Shown piece by piece: positions 25,134 to 37,738 of a stretch of 54,774 nucleotides of DNA. Origin of the DNA: Nemertoderma westbladi (Eukaryota > Animalia > Xenacoelomorpha); NCBI GenBank assembly GCA_032718475.1, contig JAUCBJ010003412.1:1-54774 (forward strand), written 5' to 3'. Under the pieces are notes generated by a model. The model worked only from the letters and a program-made list of their open reading frames with translations. It made no database searches and was not told the DNA's origin. Within the stretch, counting starts at the first letter, position 1. The number at the start of each line of letters is the position of its first letter. The translations under genes were made by a program, and so were the position numbers.

Positions 25134-27664
25134 CCAGGCTGCAAATGAAGTCCAAAAATCGCAACGCGTTTTCGGGTTGTGCGCGTATTTGAAATGGTGC
25201 GCGGTAAAAGTGCGCGCAATTGAAATAAAAGTGCACGAAATTATGTAAAAGACAACAAAAGTGCGCAGTAATCTGTGCAAAATATCAAAAGTCATAAAAG
25301 TGCGTGGAGAGGCAGATGAGGTGTAAAAAGGTTTACATGCATGCAACTGTGCAAAGTGAGAAAAATAATTTGCCACAAAAACATATTTTTTTGTGAAAAT
25401 GTTGTGTGCGCGTTTTTTTCGAATATCTGAATATTGCGCGGCTGAAAAATTGTGCGCAGGCATTGTCTTTTGGAATAAAACAACGCACCTACTGTCACTG
25501 TACTTTTTGCATTTGTCTTTAAGGTTTTCCGTCACTGTATCCTTATTTTCATTTCACCCACCCACTACTTTCGTTCGTTTAAGAACGAACGTTTACGAAC
25601 CAAGTTCTTTCCAAACAAATGCCAATTTACCATGAATACTTATTAATGGCACACGCTGTACCCCTGTACCTGATGATTTAGTTTAACATGCAAGTAATAA
25701 TAATTATTAAAACCATATAATGTTTAATACATTAAAATATCCAAATCCATAAAACCCCATAATTTTTTATTTATTATTATTTACTTTTTATATTTTGGTA
25801 TCTTATTATTACTTTCTATGGAACATAAGTTTGTTGAATATATCTAATACGACTGTATGATATCATGCAGTATTTAAATGAATACATGTATTTTGTAGCT
25901 GTAGGTACCATCAACTAAGACAGGATGGGGGGGGGGGGGATCCTGCAGTAATGTGGGATATGTTTCATTACATACATATTTCATTCATTACACATTACAT
26001 ACAGTATACTATATGCAGGTGCAGTATTACTCTATTATATATAACATAATAAACTAAAGGTACTGTACAGTATGTAACTGCATATAGTATAGTGTATGTA
26101 ATGTGTAATGAATATACAAATTCCAGAACTTTAATTTAATAGACCTCATGGCCGAAATCAAGATGGTGTTGAAGCCAGAATACAAAAAAACGGAAAACAT
26201 AGAACAGTTGTTGATAACTGCCTGGTATAGGAATGATTCTTGAATATACTGTCTCTGTATGTCCCTTGTGTGACAATGCAAACGCATCTCATGCTGCACG
26301 AAGGCCCACAACGTGTTTTGGTTTAATTGTAGGCCATGTGTGTATATGTGCTTTAATAAAATGCATTTCCTATGCAATAAATGTATGAATCGTTTCAACT
26401 ATCGTTATTTCTTCATTGATACCTCTTAAAATCTGCAGAATTTTCTTTAATTTTTTTAAATTTATTTACATTTTAGCGGCATAGTTAGTTAAATTAAACA
26501 CTCTTTAAATTAAATTAAATTTAAAATCATAGTATCTCATTAGGTTCCAAATAGCCAAATTAATCTAAATTACATCAGATATTCCACCAATCAAAACATT
26601 CCACCTCTAAGTAAGCCGCGTCAGTATAGAGGACTTCCACGACTTCTTTTACTGTATTTATATTTAACATTATAAATATCTTAATATTTAAGGTTTCATA
26701 GTTATATCATTGGTCGCTAATATATTATATACACTTTTTTCTTAATATTGCCCTGCTTTACTCTTAGAACTCGTTGTCTTGCCGATCAATACGTGTAATT
26801 TAACCCTTTCCCGACCAGGGATCTAAAATTTAGTGCCCGCCAGTGCTCCAACATTTTAGAAAAAAATATTATTGTAATTTAGCTGTGCATAACTTCGGTT
26901 GTGGTGGTCCTACGAACTCAGTTTTTAGTTTTTTAGAATCAACATAGAATTGTGAACATTAATATTATAATTAATAACAAATTAATTCACAGCTTGTGAG
27001 TTTGGTAATTACCTCTTTAATTATCTCTAATTATCTCTTATTGTATTGCCATACCACCATACCTAAAGGTGGCAGCGATTACTAGCACCACCGTGCTACA
27101 CGCTGTCTCCATCCGTCTAAATTAATAAAATTATCAATTTGTAACAATTTAAGTATTCCCATTGTATATGTATGTATTGATATTATTGGAAATATTATTG
27201 GAAAATAAACTGAATTGAATTGAAATTGAAATTGCGGTCACATCAAAAGTCCCCCAAATTTGAAATCTACACTTAATTTTGGCTAAGATATACCCCTGCA
27301 AATACTTGTATTTAGGAAAATGTACACTTTGTCCCAACCCTAATGTAACAGGGAGATTTTTATGTTTTATACCAGTCAGCCCGGTGCAGCTTTGAAGAGC
27401 CGGCGGAAGAATTTTCACCTGGCGCAGCATTTTGCATTGCACGCAGCCAGCGCAGGATTTTTGGGCGTGGGCTTGCACAGAGCCGGTGCAGGATTTTCTG
27501 CACCCGGTGTGGTTTTGCTCAAAGCTGGCGCAGGATTTTTTGCACCCGGCGTGGTTTTGCTCAGAGCCGGCGCAGGATTTTTGGCACCCGGCGCTGCGTT
27601 CGGCGCAGGAAAATAAAACTTTTCAATACGGTTGTGCGCGGTTCAGTGGAGGTTTGCAGCCTGG
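25134..27664. mobile_element. Putative non-autonomous hAT-like element with subterminal repeat arrays
   Basis: TIRs CCAGGCTGCAAA / TTTGCAGCCTGG. Flanks CTATCCAG and CTGTCCGG match at 6 of 8 positions (degenerate TSD). AAAGTGCGC repeats lie near the left end and ~39-bp GC-rich repeats at 27370-27610 near the right end. Confidence 0.5.
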
Positions 27665-28934
27665 CTGTCCGGCTGTCATAGCTCCAACTCAGTCTGTCAG
27701 TAGTATCCACGACTGGCCAAGCAGACGGGATCCCGGATAACAGATAGATCAGTATTCTATTCAGTAGATATTCAACTGAACGAACAGGCACAAACCTGAC
27801 ACCTGTAAAGGCAGAAAGTTCAACAGTACGAAAATATCCTATGGGGTAATTCCATCCAAATTCGACAAATTGGTGGCATCGCAAGGGGTCATCGATTTCG
27901 TTTATTTTTGGATATATGGTCGGAAATGGTATAAAATGACACCTGATGAAATATTTCTGACGATGGTGTATTGGTTTTCGAGATATTGCAGTTCAAAATT
28001 TGCGAACATATCCCCAATGAAACCTACAGAAAATCTTTCTGACTAGTGGGTGGAGTGTCATTTTATATTTATTGTACACATAAATAGGTCTCATACACAT
28101 TAAAACCATGAATAAATTCCACCCACTTGTCAGACCAACTGTTCTATGTGGCCAAAGATTGGACTTTTCGACAAATTTTGTCTTTTTTAGGCTTGAGTTA
28201 GAGTGGTCTGATTAGTGGGTAGCCCAAAAGATTTAGTAAATTGTTAGATATACCAAAGGGGGGTTCTGTGGTACAATTTTCATGTACCACCAGCAAGTCA
28301 GACTTCCATACCATCATCTGGAAAATTGAATCTTTCCAAAATTGCCATACTTCGCATCATCACTGCAAGCGTCTGATAAAAGATGGATGCGTGAAATGAA
28401 TCATGAGTAGTAACATGGATAAGGGAAACATGCATGACAAGTTTCGGATCCCACCCATGCCTTCTTCAGAATATATTATTCAATTGAAAAGTTCAATTTT
28501 CAAAATTAATCGTCAGATTAAATACTTTAGAACCAAGGTCTGTTTACGAGGTTGCTCTCATAACCAGCACACATTAAGTATTTAAATGTTTTAGACACAA
28601 TAAAGGCTGTATTTTTCACCACCCACTTGTCAGATATTTTATGTGTAAAAAACAAAGGTAAATAATTTTAACATATTATTGACTAATTTCAATACCCAAT
28701 GAGTTATATACCTTCTGATACTATTAATTATTATATCATAATAGAAAGAATTAAGCTGTTTGAAATTCATCTATATAATTCCCCAATCCCGGCCAAGGGC
28801 AGCAGGGAATGGAACATTAATACAGTATGTTCATTATGATGAGGCAAGTCAGTGATAATTAATATAGTTATTATGGTAGAAAAGATACTAGATCAATTAT
28901 TGAGTATAGCAGTATTGTAGATCATGCAATTCCT

Positions 28935-29180
28935 TTATGAACAGTGATCGCAGACAAATTCTGCATCGTAATCGAAATTAACAGGCAGGCAGCTGGTGGT
29001 GCATGACCAATATTTATCGCACACATCGCACACTACCCAAATCTTCTGATTTTTTTGTATCACTGGCCCAAAGTTTTTAACACTTGTAGCAGATATTGTC
29101 ATCCTCATATGTCTGATCAGTAGGAACAGCAACACAAGGGACAACAGCAACCTTGCGTTGAATTGCCTTTACTTTCTTCG
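28935..29180 (-). pseudogene. PHD-finger-like C-terminal fragment, probably transposase-derived
   Basis: WVVCDVCDKYW...C...FVCDHC immediately before the stop codon. Confidence 0.4.
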
Positions 29181-29181
29181 T

Positions 29182-29368
29182 TGTAGAAGATGATAAAGTA
29201 CCCCATTCCAGCTTCCAATCAGCAGTAATATCATATCTATGAGTATGACCGCGTCCCTGCCTCCGGTTTCAAGAAATGGTGTCACGTGTGGCAGGGAGGC
29301 GGTCATACCATAGATATGATATTACTGCTGATGGGAAGCTGGAATGCCGTACTTTATCATCTTCTACA
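29182..29368. repeat. Imperfect fold-back inverted repeat (~78-bp arms)
   Basis: TGTAGAAGATGATAAAGTAC...GTATGACCGCGTCCCTGCC pairs with GGCAGGGAGGCGGTCATAC...GTACTTTATCATCTTCTACA. Confidence 0.9.
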
Positions 29369-29934
29369 GCACTTATACTGTATGTGCTCGTGAGGAAGTT
29401 AGTAAATAAATGTATATTCAAAAATTAAATTAAATGCTGAAAATGCTGGTAAGATTGATATTTGTTTAGTTTCATAGTTCCATTATAGTAAAAGTTTTCA
29501 ATGGGTTTAATTAATGTATATTGTATATGCCGCTTATAACTTTGGTAAAAGGTAATGGGGATCAATACTAGGTATGTACTTTCCTCTACTGTATGAGAAG
29601 GTTGAAATGAATGTAAACAATAAAAGAAAGTCAATATAACAGGTTACAGTTATATTTTTGAGAGTAATCAGCTCGTATTTTTGTATATTTTCCATGGAGA
29701 GGGATTCATTTTGATTGCGTCGAAATTCACCCCCCCCCCCCCCCCCCCCCCCCCCCGCCGCACGAATGTGAATGGTAAGTATAATATTACTAAAGGAAAT
29801 CCCCAAGCGGAAACAATACATTAATCTGGTTCACCCTTCATGGTATTGTTTTTTTAAGACTTCTTTCTGTAACATCTATTGTGTACCACAGCACATTTCA
29901 CAAGTAATAATGTTCATAATTATACTATTTAAGT

Positions 29935-30198
29935 GTCGCAGTGTCGGAGTGGATAATGCGCCTGAACTGCTTGCAAAATAGTGTTGGTAGCCTAGGTTCG
30001 AATCCGACTAAAGGCTGTAGATATTTCGCACTGTTGTGTCCTTAGTAAAGGCACTTTAGACATAAGTACTGTACCTACGCCAACCCAGCGGTATAATGGG
30101 AACCTAGCTTTGATGGGGGTAATGATAATAAAAGCGCTTTGAGTATGCTGAGCGTAGAAAAGCGCTATATAAATAACCAATATTATTATTATTATTAT
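29935..30198 (+). mobile_element. tRNA-derived SINE with L2-type 3' tail
   Basis: A-box-like GTGTCGGAGTGG and B box GGTTCGAATCC. Central GTGTCCTTAGTAAAGGCACTT...ACCCAGCGGTATAATGGG. Tail AAGCGCTTTGAG...AAAAGCGCTATATAAAT followed by (ATT)n. Confidence 0.8.
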
Positions 30199-30466
30199 AA
30201 ATCATTATTTATTTGTTTCAATATTGTATCGTAATATTCAAATCAAATAATCTAACAAATAGAATGGTAAATATGCTTCTTTCAACAACCTTTTTATTAA
30301 CGTTTAACTTTGGCTAATAAAATGAGACAGTAACAAACGTCATAATAACATTACTTCCCCACACATCTCTCAAACCATTACCACATTAATATACAGCAGG
30401 CCTAGTGTTCTATCATATATATTTTTTAATAATGTCCTTCTTCGTAGAATCTCTGTTCCTCTTCGG

Positions 30467-32077
30467 TCAATTATTATGGATCACTCGTGATCGAATTCTC
30501 AGTTTGACAGGAAATCTTTTCAGCAGAATGGCAGGGATCGTTTGTGGATGAACATTATCTTCATGATCACGTGCTATATGAGGCCGAGTATATAGTGGGA
30601 CAGTATAGGTCTCTGGTTTTGGTACAGGTTTTGTTTCTGGGAGTGGGACAGTATAGGTCTCTGGTTTTGGAACAGGTTTTGTTTCTGGGAGTGGGACAGT
30701 ATAGGTCTCTGGTTTTGGTACAGGTTTTGTTTCTGGGAGTGGGACAGTATAGGTCTCTGGTTTTGGAACAGGTTTTGTCTCTGGGAACGGATGAACATTA
30801 TTATTATCTTCATGATCTCGTGCTATATAATGCCGAGTATATGGGACGGGAGTTTCTGGGTGAGAGTAGGTCTCTGGGACTGGAGGTGGGTGAGATAAGG
30901 TCTCTGGGTGCCGGGGTGGGTGAGAGTAGGTCTCTGGGACTGGGGGTGGGTGAGAGAAGGTCTCTGGGACTGGGAGTGGGTGAGAGAAGGTCTCTGGGTG
31001 CCGGGGTGGGTGAGAGTAGGTCTCTGGGACTGGGAGTGGGTGAGAGAAGGTCTCTGGATGCCGGGGTGGGTGAGAGTAGGTCTCTGGGACTGGGGGTGGG
31101 TGAGAGAAGGTCTCTGGGTGCCGGGGTGGGTGAGAGTAAGTCTCTGGGACTGGGGGTGGGTGAGAGAAGGTCTCTGGGTGCCGGGGTGGGTGAGAGTAGG
31201 TCTCTGGGACTGGGGGTGGGTGAGAGAAGGTCTCTGCGTGCCGGGGTGGGTGAGAGAAGGTCTCTGGGACTGGGAGTGGGTGAGAGAAGGTCTCTGGGAC
31301 TGGGAGTGGGTGAGAGAAGGTCTCTGGGACTGGGAGTGGGTGAGAGAAGGTCTCTGGGTGCCGGGGTGGGTGAGAGTAGGTCTCTGGGACTGGGAGTGGG
31401 TGAGAGAAGGTCTCTGGATGCCGGGGTGGGTGAGAGTAGGTCTCTGGGACTGGGGGTGGGTGAGAGAAGGTCTCTGGGTGCCGGGGTGGGTGAGAGTAAG
31501 TCTCTGGGACTGGGGGTGGGTGAGAGAAGGTCTCTGGGTGCCGGGGTGGGTGAGAGTAGGTCTCTGGGACTGGGGGTGGGTGAGAGAAGGTCTCTGGGTG
31601 CCGGGGTGGGTGAGAGTAAGTCTCTGGGACTGGGAGTGGGTGAGAGAAGGTCTCTGGATGCCGGGGTGGGTGAGAGTAGGTCTCTGGGACTGGGGGTGGG
31701 TGAGAGAAGGTCTCTGGGTGCCGGGGTGGGTGAGAGTAGGTTTCTGGGACTGGGGGTGGGTGAGAGAAGGTCTCTGCGTGCCGGGGTGGGTGAGAGTAGG
31801 TCTCTGGGACTGGGGGTGGGTGAGAGAAGGTCTCTGGATGCCGGGGTGGGTGAGAGTAGGTCTCTGGGACTGGGGGTGGGTGAGAGAAGGTCTCTGGGTG
31901 CGGGGGTGGGTGAGAGTAGGTCTCTGGGACTGGTACAGGTTGCGTTACTGGACGAGTTAACTGGTTGTCATCATGGCGCTTCATTTTCAAAAGAATTGGG
32001 GCCGACTTACTGCGAGCATCAGCATACAGAGCTATTGCCATAACAACGGCGAATGAAACAAACAACTGTGGATTCAT
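30467..32077 (-). CDS. Secreted Pro/His/Thr-rich tandem-repeat protein or propeptide precursor (~536 aa)
   Basis: ATG at 32077 and signal peptide MNPQLFVSFAVVMAIALYADA, then a KMKR site. About 36 decapeptides PET(Y/F)SHP(P/L)(RH/PV), then 4x PETKPVPKPETYTVPL and a basic C-terminus. Non-repetitive ends are in frame; minus-strand AATAAA at ~30293. Confidence 0.82.
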   Translation of the reverse strand: MNPQLFVSFAVVMAIALYADARSKSAPILLKMKRHDDNQLTRPVTQPVPVPETYSHPPPHPETFSHPPPVPETYSHPPRHPETFSHPPPVPETYSHPPRHAETFSHPPPVPETYSHPPRHPETFSHPPPVPETYSHPPRHPETFSHPLPVPETYSHPPRHPETFSHPPPVPETYSHPPRHPETFSHPPPVPETYSHPPRHPETFSHPPPVPETYSHPPRHPETFSHPLPVPETYSHPPRHPETFSHPLPVPETFSHPLPVPETFSHPLPVPETFSHPPRHAETFSHPPPVPETYSHPPRHPETFSHPPPVPETYSHPPRHPETFSHPPPVPETYSHPPRHPETFSHPLPVPETYSHPPRHPETFSHPLPVPETFSHPPPVPETYSHPPRHPETLSHPPPVPETYSHPETPVPYTRHYIARDHEDNNNVHPFPETKPVPKPETYTVPLPETKPVPKPETYTVPLPETKPVPKPETYTVPLPETKPVPKPETYTVPLYTRPHIARDHEDNVHPQTIPAILLKRFPVKLRIRSRVIHNN

Positions 32078-33043
32078 AATTCTAAATTTTAATAACCAGT
32101 AATATTTGTTTGGCAATCGGTTACCGCATAGGCATATAAAATTATGAATTACCGCAATTCAGGAAATTGTAATATTTTATATTATATATATTATTGTTTA
32201 TTATATACCTGTATATTATGCTGTTGCCTGTTGGTTATGTTTGGACCTGACCACAGAGAATTAATATACCATATTTATGGTTAGCCTATAATTGCAATTT
32301 TGTCCCGATTAGATTGAGTGCTAAGAATGTCATTCCAGAAAGTATGTCGGCGTGTGGGCGTGTGGGCGTGTGTCAGTTCTGTACTTCGCCTAACAGTAGG
32401 CCTAGTCATATGTTACATAAAAAATAAGGTAAACCACAGTCAGATCAGATTCATTATCAGATTATATTTAATTTCCTACAGCAATGTTCTGATGTTGCTT
32501 GTACCGTAGTAATTTGCAATTAGTCCGAATATTCGTCAACTGAAATTTTAAAATTCGGCCAGAACCGAATAATTCGGCCGATCCCTACATGGGGGTAAGA
32601 AGACAATGAGGGGGGTTAAATTTCATAAAAAATCACCCAGAGTAGTTTCACACCCGGTTAAAATACCCTCGTTAATTGTATCCGGGGGTCGGGGGGAAAA
32701 AATACACTAGGGAATTTTAACCGGGGGGTAAATTTTTAGTGGGTTTGAAATTTTCTGCTACACTGGTACTTCCTAGATATAATTTCACCTGCACTTTCTC
32801 CATTCCTTATACCGTTTGGATGATTTTGTACTGCCAACTGAGTATAAAATCCTTACACACTAGTTCGGCCCCTCTTTCCATTCCTTAAATGATTTCAACG
32901 TCCAATCAAATAATAGTGAAGATCTCATTTCAGCAAGAGCTCAATACCATTCAAATTGTAAAAGTTGTTAAAAGTTACATACTGTATATGGCCATTTGTG
33001 TGACTTTGGGCGGTTTTTTTTATCTGGATATGCTTCAATTGCC

Positions 33044-33382
33044 CTACTACTACTAGGATCGGCATGCTGCATTGCAGCTGCATTTTAAGAATGCTGTACA
33101 GGCTTTTCGACAAAATTGCGCCGCCATATTAGATCATCCTCATCTTCAAGGCCTGTGCCCTTTAAGATGCATCTCAAGAAAGTCATGGGCTGTACAGTCC
33201 ACCATTCTTATTCACTCGATGAGGCTGCCAAAGCACAAGATTATGCACTGGCTGGTCCTCACGGCGAAAGCAGTGTCCTGCAAAGCGGATGCGGCTTTGT
33301 CCTAGTGTCAAGCTTGGGGGAACCTATGAGACACCTCCAATGTTATATAGTGTCTGGTTGGAGATGTGTGCATTGTACTTGA
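33044..33382 (-). mobile_element. RTE-like LINE 3' fragment, family B copy 3
   Basis: Reverse complement of ~12015-12374 with an internal deletion; (TAG)n tail present. Confidence 0.88.
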
Positions 33383-35356
33383 CGTGCCCTAGATGAATTG
33401 CCCTAGAGAGTGTGATGGCTGTTCAAATGGTTGACATGTGGTATGCGATGGTTTGTAGTACTGTAGTCATTGTTTCTAGAGAGGATGGTAATACACTTCA
33501 AAAGTTGTATAAAGCAATTTTTGTGCCGAAAATGATATTTTAAGCATAACGCTATTCAATATATAAAGTTTAAATGAGAACATGGCATATGGTCTAAAGA
33601 TCTTTCTCTAAGAAATTGAAATAAAAACTGGCAAAAAAATCAAATAATACTTGCCATACGCATATTATATATTAGTACATATATAGTAGGCCTACGTCTA
33701 CTGTACATTATCATATCAGCAAATAAACAGCATGGAATTCACTGTAACGCGTTTAATATAATGAGTGATACATAACAAATAACAATGTCATTGTGAATAA
33801 ATGTCATGTTCCCAATCTAATGCCAATCATGGAAGTGAATTGCGAAAGGAAATTGATATTATTTACAGGTTCGAAGAGCTGGATATTCATTTGTAATTTC
33901 GAAAATTTAATAGGAATTTAAAGAAAATGAAACGATTCGGCTATAGTAGTGGACCTATTGTACTAAGTAGTTGAGAAACATTAAAACCTGATGTCGGAAA
34001 TGGGAACCTCGGAGTGGAGATTTTAGCTTGTCGATGTTCTTTAATTAATGCCGGTGCCAAGTATTACAAGCTATTAGAAGACCGTTAGGTCTTCTTATTG
34101 TAAAAGTATTCACTATCTAACTATCTATCTATCTATGTATGAATATCGGGTTAAGTGAGTTAGTGAACATAAAGCCACGAGGATCAGAATACTGTAAAGA
34201 AATTTGCAACAAGTATGTATGTAGTTTTATTCCAAAAAAGTTTTATTACGAAAAGATTGTACATATACATTATAAGTGATAGAAACTGCACAAATTATAT
34301 TAGTTGCTGTATCAATGTTCGCGCTTTTAGACCTTTAATAGTTTAACCAATACAATTTAAGTGTCTCCTGAATCGACTTTTTTTTGCCCGTACTAATTGA
34401 CATCAGCTGAAGCCAGCCTAGCGCGGCGTATGACCCACGGGTGTGGGAGACTGGATTCAGTTCTAGAGCAGTATATTGCAGTAAGCTACTTTGTATTATT
34501 CGATTGATCACTACTATATAATCTCCGACAACTATACTGTATTTACTTTCGGGGAAATATTAACAGTTCCTTTGGGACGTGAAATATGATCGGTCGTGCA
34601 ATATGTTAATAGATTTGCGTTCTTATGACTCTAAGCCTCTGATGTTAGGGCAAAGTCAGAAAGTCAGAATGTCCGAATGAATTCTGAATGAAGTATGAAT
34701 TCTCGGAAAACTGCCGCATTGCGTCATCTCTCGTAGGCCGCTGTTAACAGAGAAAGGGAGACAATTTCTATGTCAACAAAGGCCGATTCCTCACACAAAG
34801 GAACAGCTCGTAGACCCCGCCACTCCAACTCGGGGCCCCCGACAGACAAGCAGCTGCACGCACAACTCCACGCCCTTTTAGAGTATTTAGCGCATTGCGC
34901 AAAATGACTTATTTTGTCCTCAAAAGCTTTTACAATAAATAAATGTAAAATTGAAATAAATTATGTTATAAATACGTTATCTTATATTTATGGTGGCGTT
35001 TGGAGCCACGTTATAATAATATCGCGGGACTGTAGGCCCTTTTCTCTGTGCCAGTGCTGTGTTCCGGTCTGGTACTGTAGTAGGCATACAGTAATTGTTT
35101 TGTTTACCTCCCTGTCCGTAACGAATAGGTCGTTCCTGAAAAAAATGAAAAATATCCTTTCGAAAAAAAGGAAATCACTAGGCCTAAAATTATTAACCAT
35201 ATTTCGTAAGATATATTTTAAAACATTTATTTATTAATAATGCAATAACTGAATAACCAGATAACGGAAAGACAAATCGAATTGAATGGGTACATGGATT
35301 CCAGATATCTAATTTCTGTGCAAAATAACTTTAATCGTATGGTGCTAAATAATTAA

Positions 35357-35546
<190 letters not shown>

Positions 35547-35751
35547 TTTTAATTTCGAGTGTTGCTAAAGACTAACCCTCGCGTAAAAACCTGGCTCTTT
35601 CCAGAGTTTAGGGAATTTTAGATTCTTTTGCTATTTATACTAAATTAGAATTTAATTAGAAAATTAGAATTACATTAGAATTTTAGATTCTATTACACTA
35701 ATGTACTACTCATTAAAGATCCTGACAATAGGCCTACGACCTTTTTTAACG

Positions 35752-37738
35752 TTAATTAGCAAGTCGTAGGACTTGATTACTGTAAGAATTGTTCGCTGAT
35801 TGACTGACTGACTGACTGACTGACTGACTGACTGACTGACTGACTGACTGACTGACTGACTGACTGACTGACTGACTGACTGACTGACTGACTGACTGAC
35901 TGACTGACTGACTGACTGACTGACTGACTGACTGACTGACTGACTGACTGACTGACTGACTGACTGACTGACTGACTGACTGACTGACTGACTGACTGAC
36001 TGACTGACTGACTGACTGACTGACTGACTGACTGACTGACTGACTGACTGACTGACTGACTGACTGACTGACTGACTGACTGACTGACTGACTGACTGAC
36101 TGACTGACTGACTGACTGACTGACTGACTGACTGACTGACTGACTGACTGACTGACTGACTGACTGACTGACTGACTGACTGACTGACTGACTGACTGAC
36201 TGACTGACTGACTGACTGACTGACTGACTGACTGACTGACTGACTGACTGACTGACTGACTGACTGACTGACTGACTGACTGACTGACTGACTGACTGAC
36301 TGACTGACTGACTGACTGACTGACTGACTGACTGACTGACTGACTGACTGACTGACTGACTGACTGACTGACTGACTGACTGACTGACTGACTGACTGAC
36401 TGACTGACTGACTGACTGACTGACTGACTGACTGACTGACTGACTGACTGACTGACTGACTGACTGACTGACTGACTGACTGACTGACTGACTGACTGAC
36501 TGACTGACTGACTGACTGACTGACTGACTGACTGACTGACTGACTGACTGACTGACTGACTGACTGACTGACTGACTGACTGACTGACTGACTGACTGAC
36601 TGACTGACTGACTGACTGACTGACTGACTGACTGACTGACTGACTGACTGACTGACTGACTGACTGACTGACTGACTGACTGACTGACTGACTGACTGAC
36701 TGACTGACTGACTGACTGACTGACTGACTGACTGACTGACTGACTGACTGACTGACTGACTGACTGACTGACTGACTGACTGACTGACTGACTGACTGAC
36801 TGACTGACTGACTGACTGACTGACTGACTGACTGACTGACTGACTGACTGACTGACTGACTGACTGACTGACTGACTGACTGACTGACTGACTGACTGAC
36901 TGACTGACTGACTGACTGACTGACTGACTGACTGACTGACTGACTGACTGACTGACTGACTGACTGACTGACTGACTGACTGACTGACTGACTGACTGAC
37001 TGACTGACTGACTGACTGACTGACTGACTGACTGACTGACTGACTGACTGACTGACTGACTGACTGACTGACTGACTGACTGACTGACTGACTGACTGAC
37101 TGACTGACTGACTGACTGACTGACTGACTGACTGACTGACTGACTGACTGACTGACTGACTGACTGACTGACTGACTGACTGACTGACTGACTGACTGAC
37201 TGACTGACTGACTGACTGACTGACTGACTGACTGACTGACTGACTGACTGACTGACTGACTGACTGACTGACTGACTGACTGACTGACTGACTGACTGAC
37301 TGACTGACTGACTGACTGACTGACTGACTGACTGACTGACTGACTGACTGACTGACTGACTGACTGACTGACTGACTGACTGACTGACTGACTGACTGAC
37401 TGACTGACTGACTGACTGACTGACTGACTGACTGACTGACTGACTGACTGACTGACTGACTGACTGACTGACTGACTGACTGACTGACTGACTGACTGAC
37501 TGATTTTGATAACGAGACGATTTTGATGAAATTTTCACAGCAGCTAGATACCGCGATTCTAAGGTCCCTGGCATGATCGGCTACGCCGTCCATAGCCTCT
37601 GGGCTCGAAAAATAGAGATAAACGAAAAAACGCCATAGGCGCAATGGTAAAATAACACCAATGACAGCTTGTTGATGGAATTTACATTTGATTGATGACT
37701 TGCGACTTGCTTAACGGCGTCTTGACGCCGTCTTTAGT
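35752..37738 (+). mobile_element. DINE-1/HINE-like (non-autonomous Helentron) element carrying an expanded microsatellite
   Basis: 5' subTIR AGCAAGTCG (35758-35766) overlaps the hairpin CAAGTC-gtag-GACTTG. Internal (TGAC)n. 3' subTIR CGACTTGCT (37703-37711) is followed by the stem-loop ACGGCGTC-tt-GACGCCGT (37714-37731). Confidence 0.65.
35801..37503. repeat. (TGAC)n perfect tetranucleotide array, ~425 units
   Basis: No interruptions seen over ~1.7 kb. Confidence 0.99.

Noticed and set aside
27362-27740. AGAGF-repeat ORFs
   Set aside because: They arise from GC-rich 39-bp subterminal repeats; no other coding evidence.
30544-32043. 499-aa and 350-aa plus-strand ORFs
   Set aside because: Antisense shadows of the coding repeat. 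Only the minus frame has a signal peptide and coherent unique termini.
35706-37644. 622/630-aa SVSQ-repeat ORFs
   Set aside because: Artefact of the stop-free (GTCA)n strand of the microsatellite.
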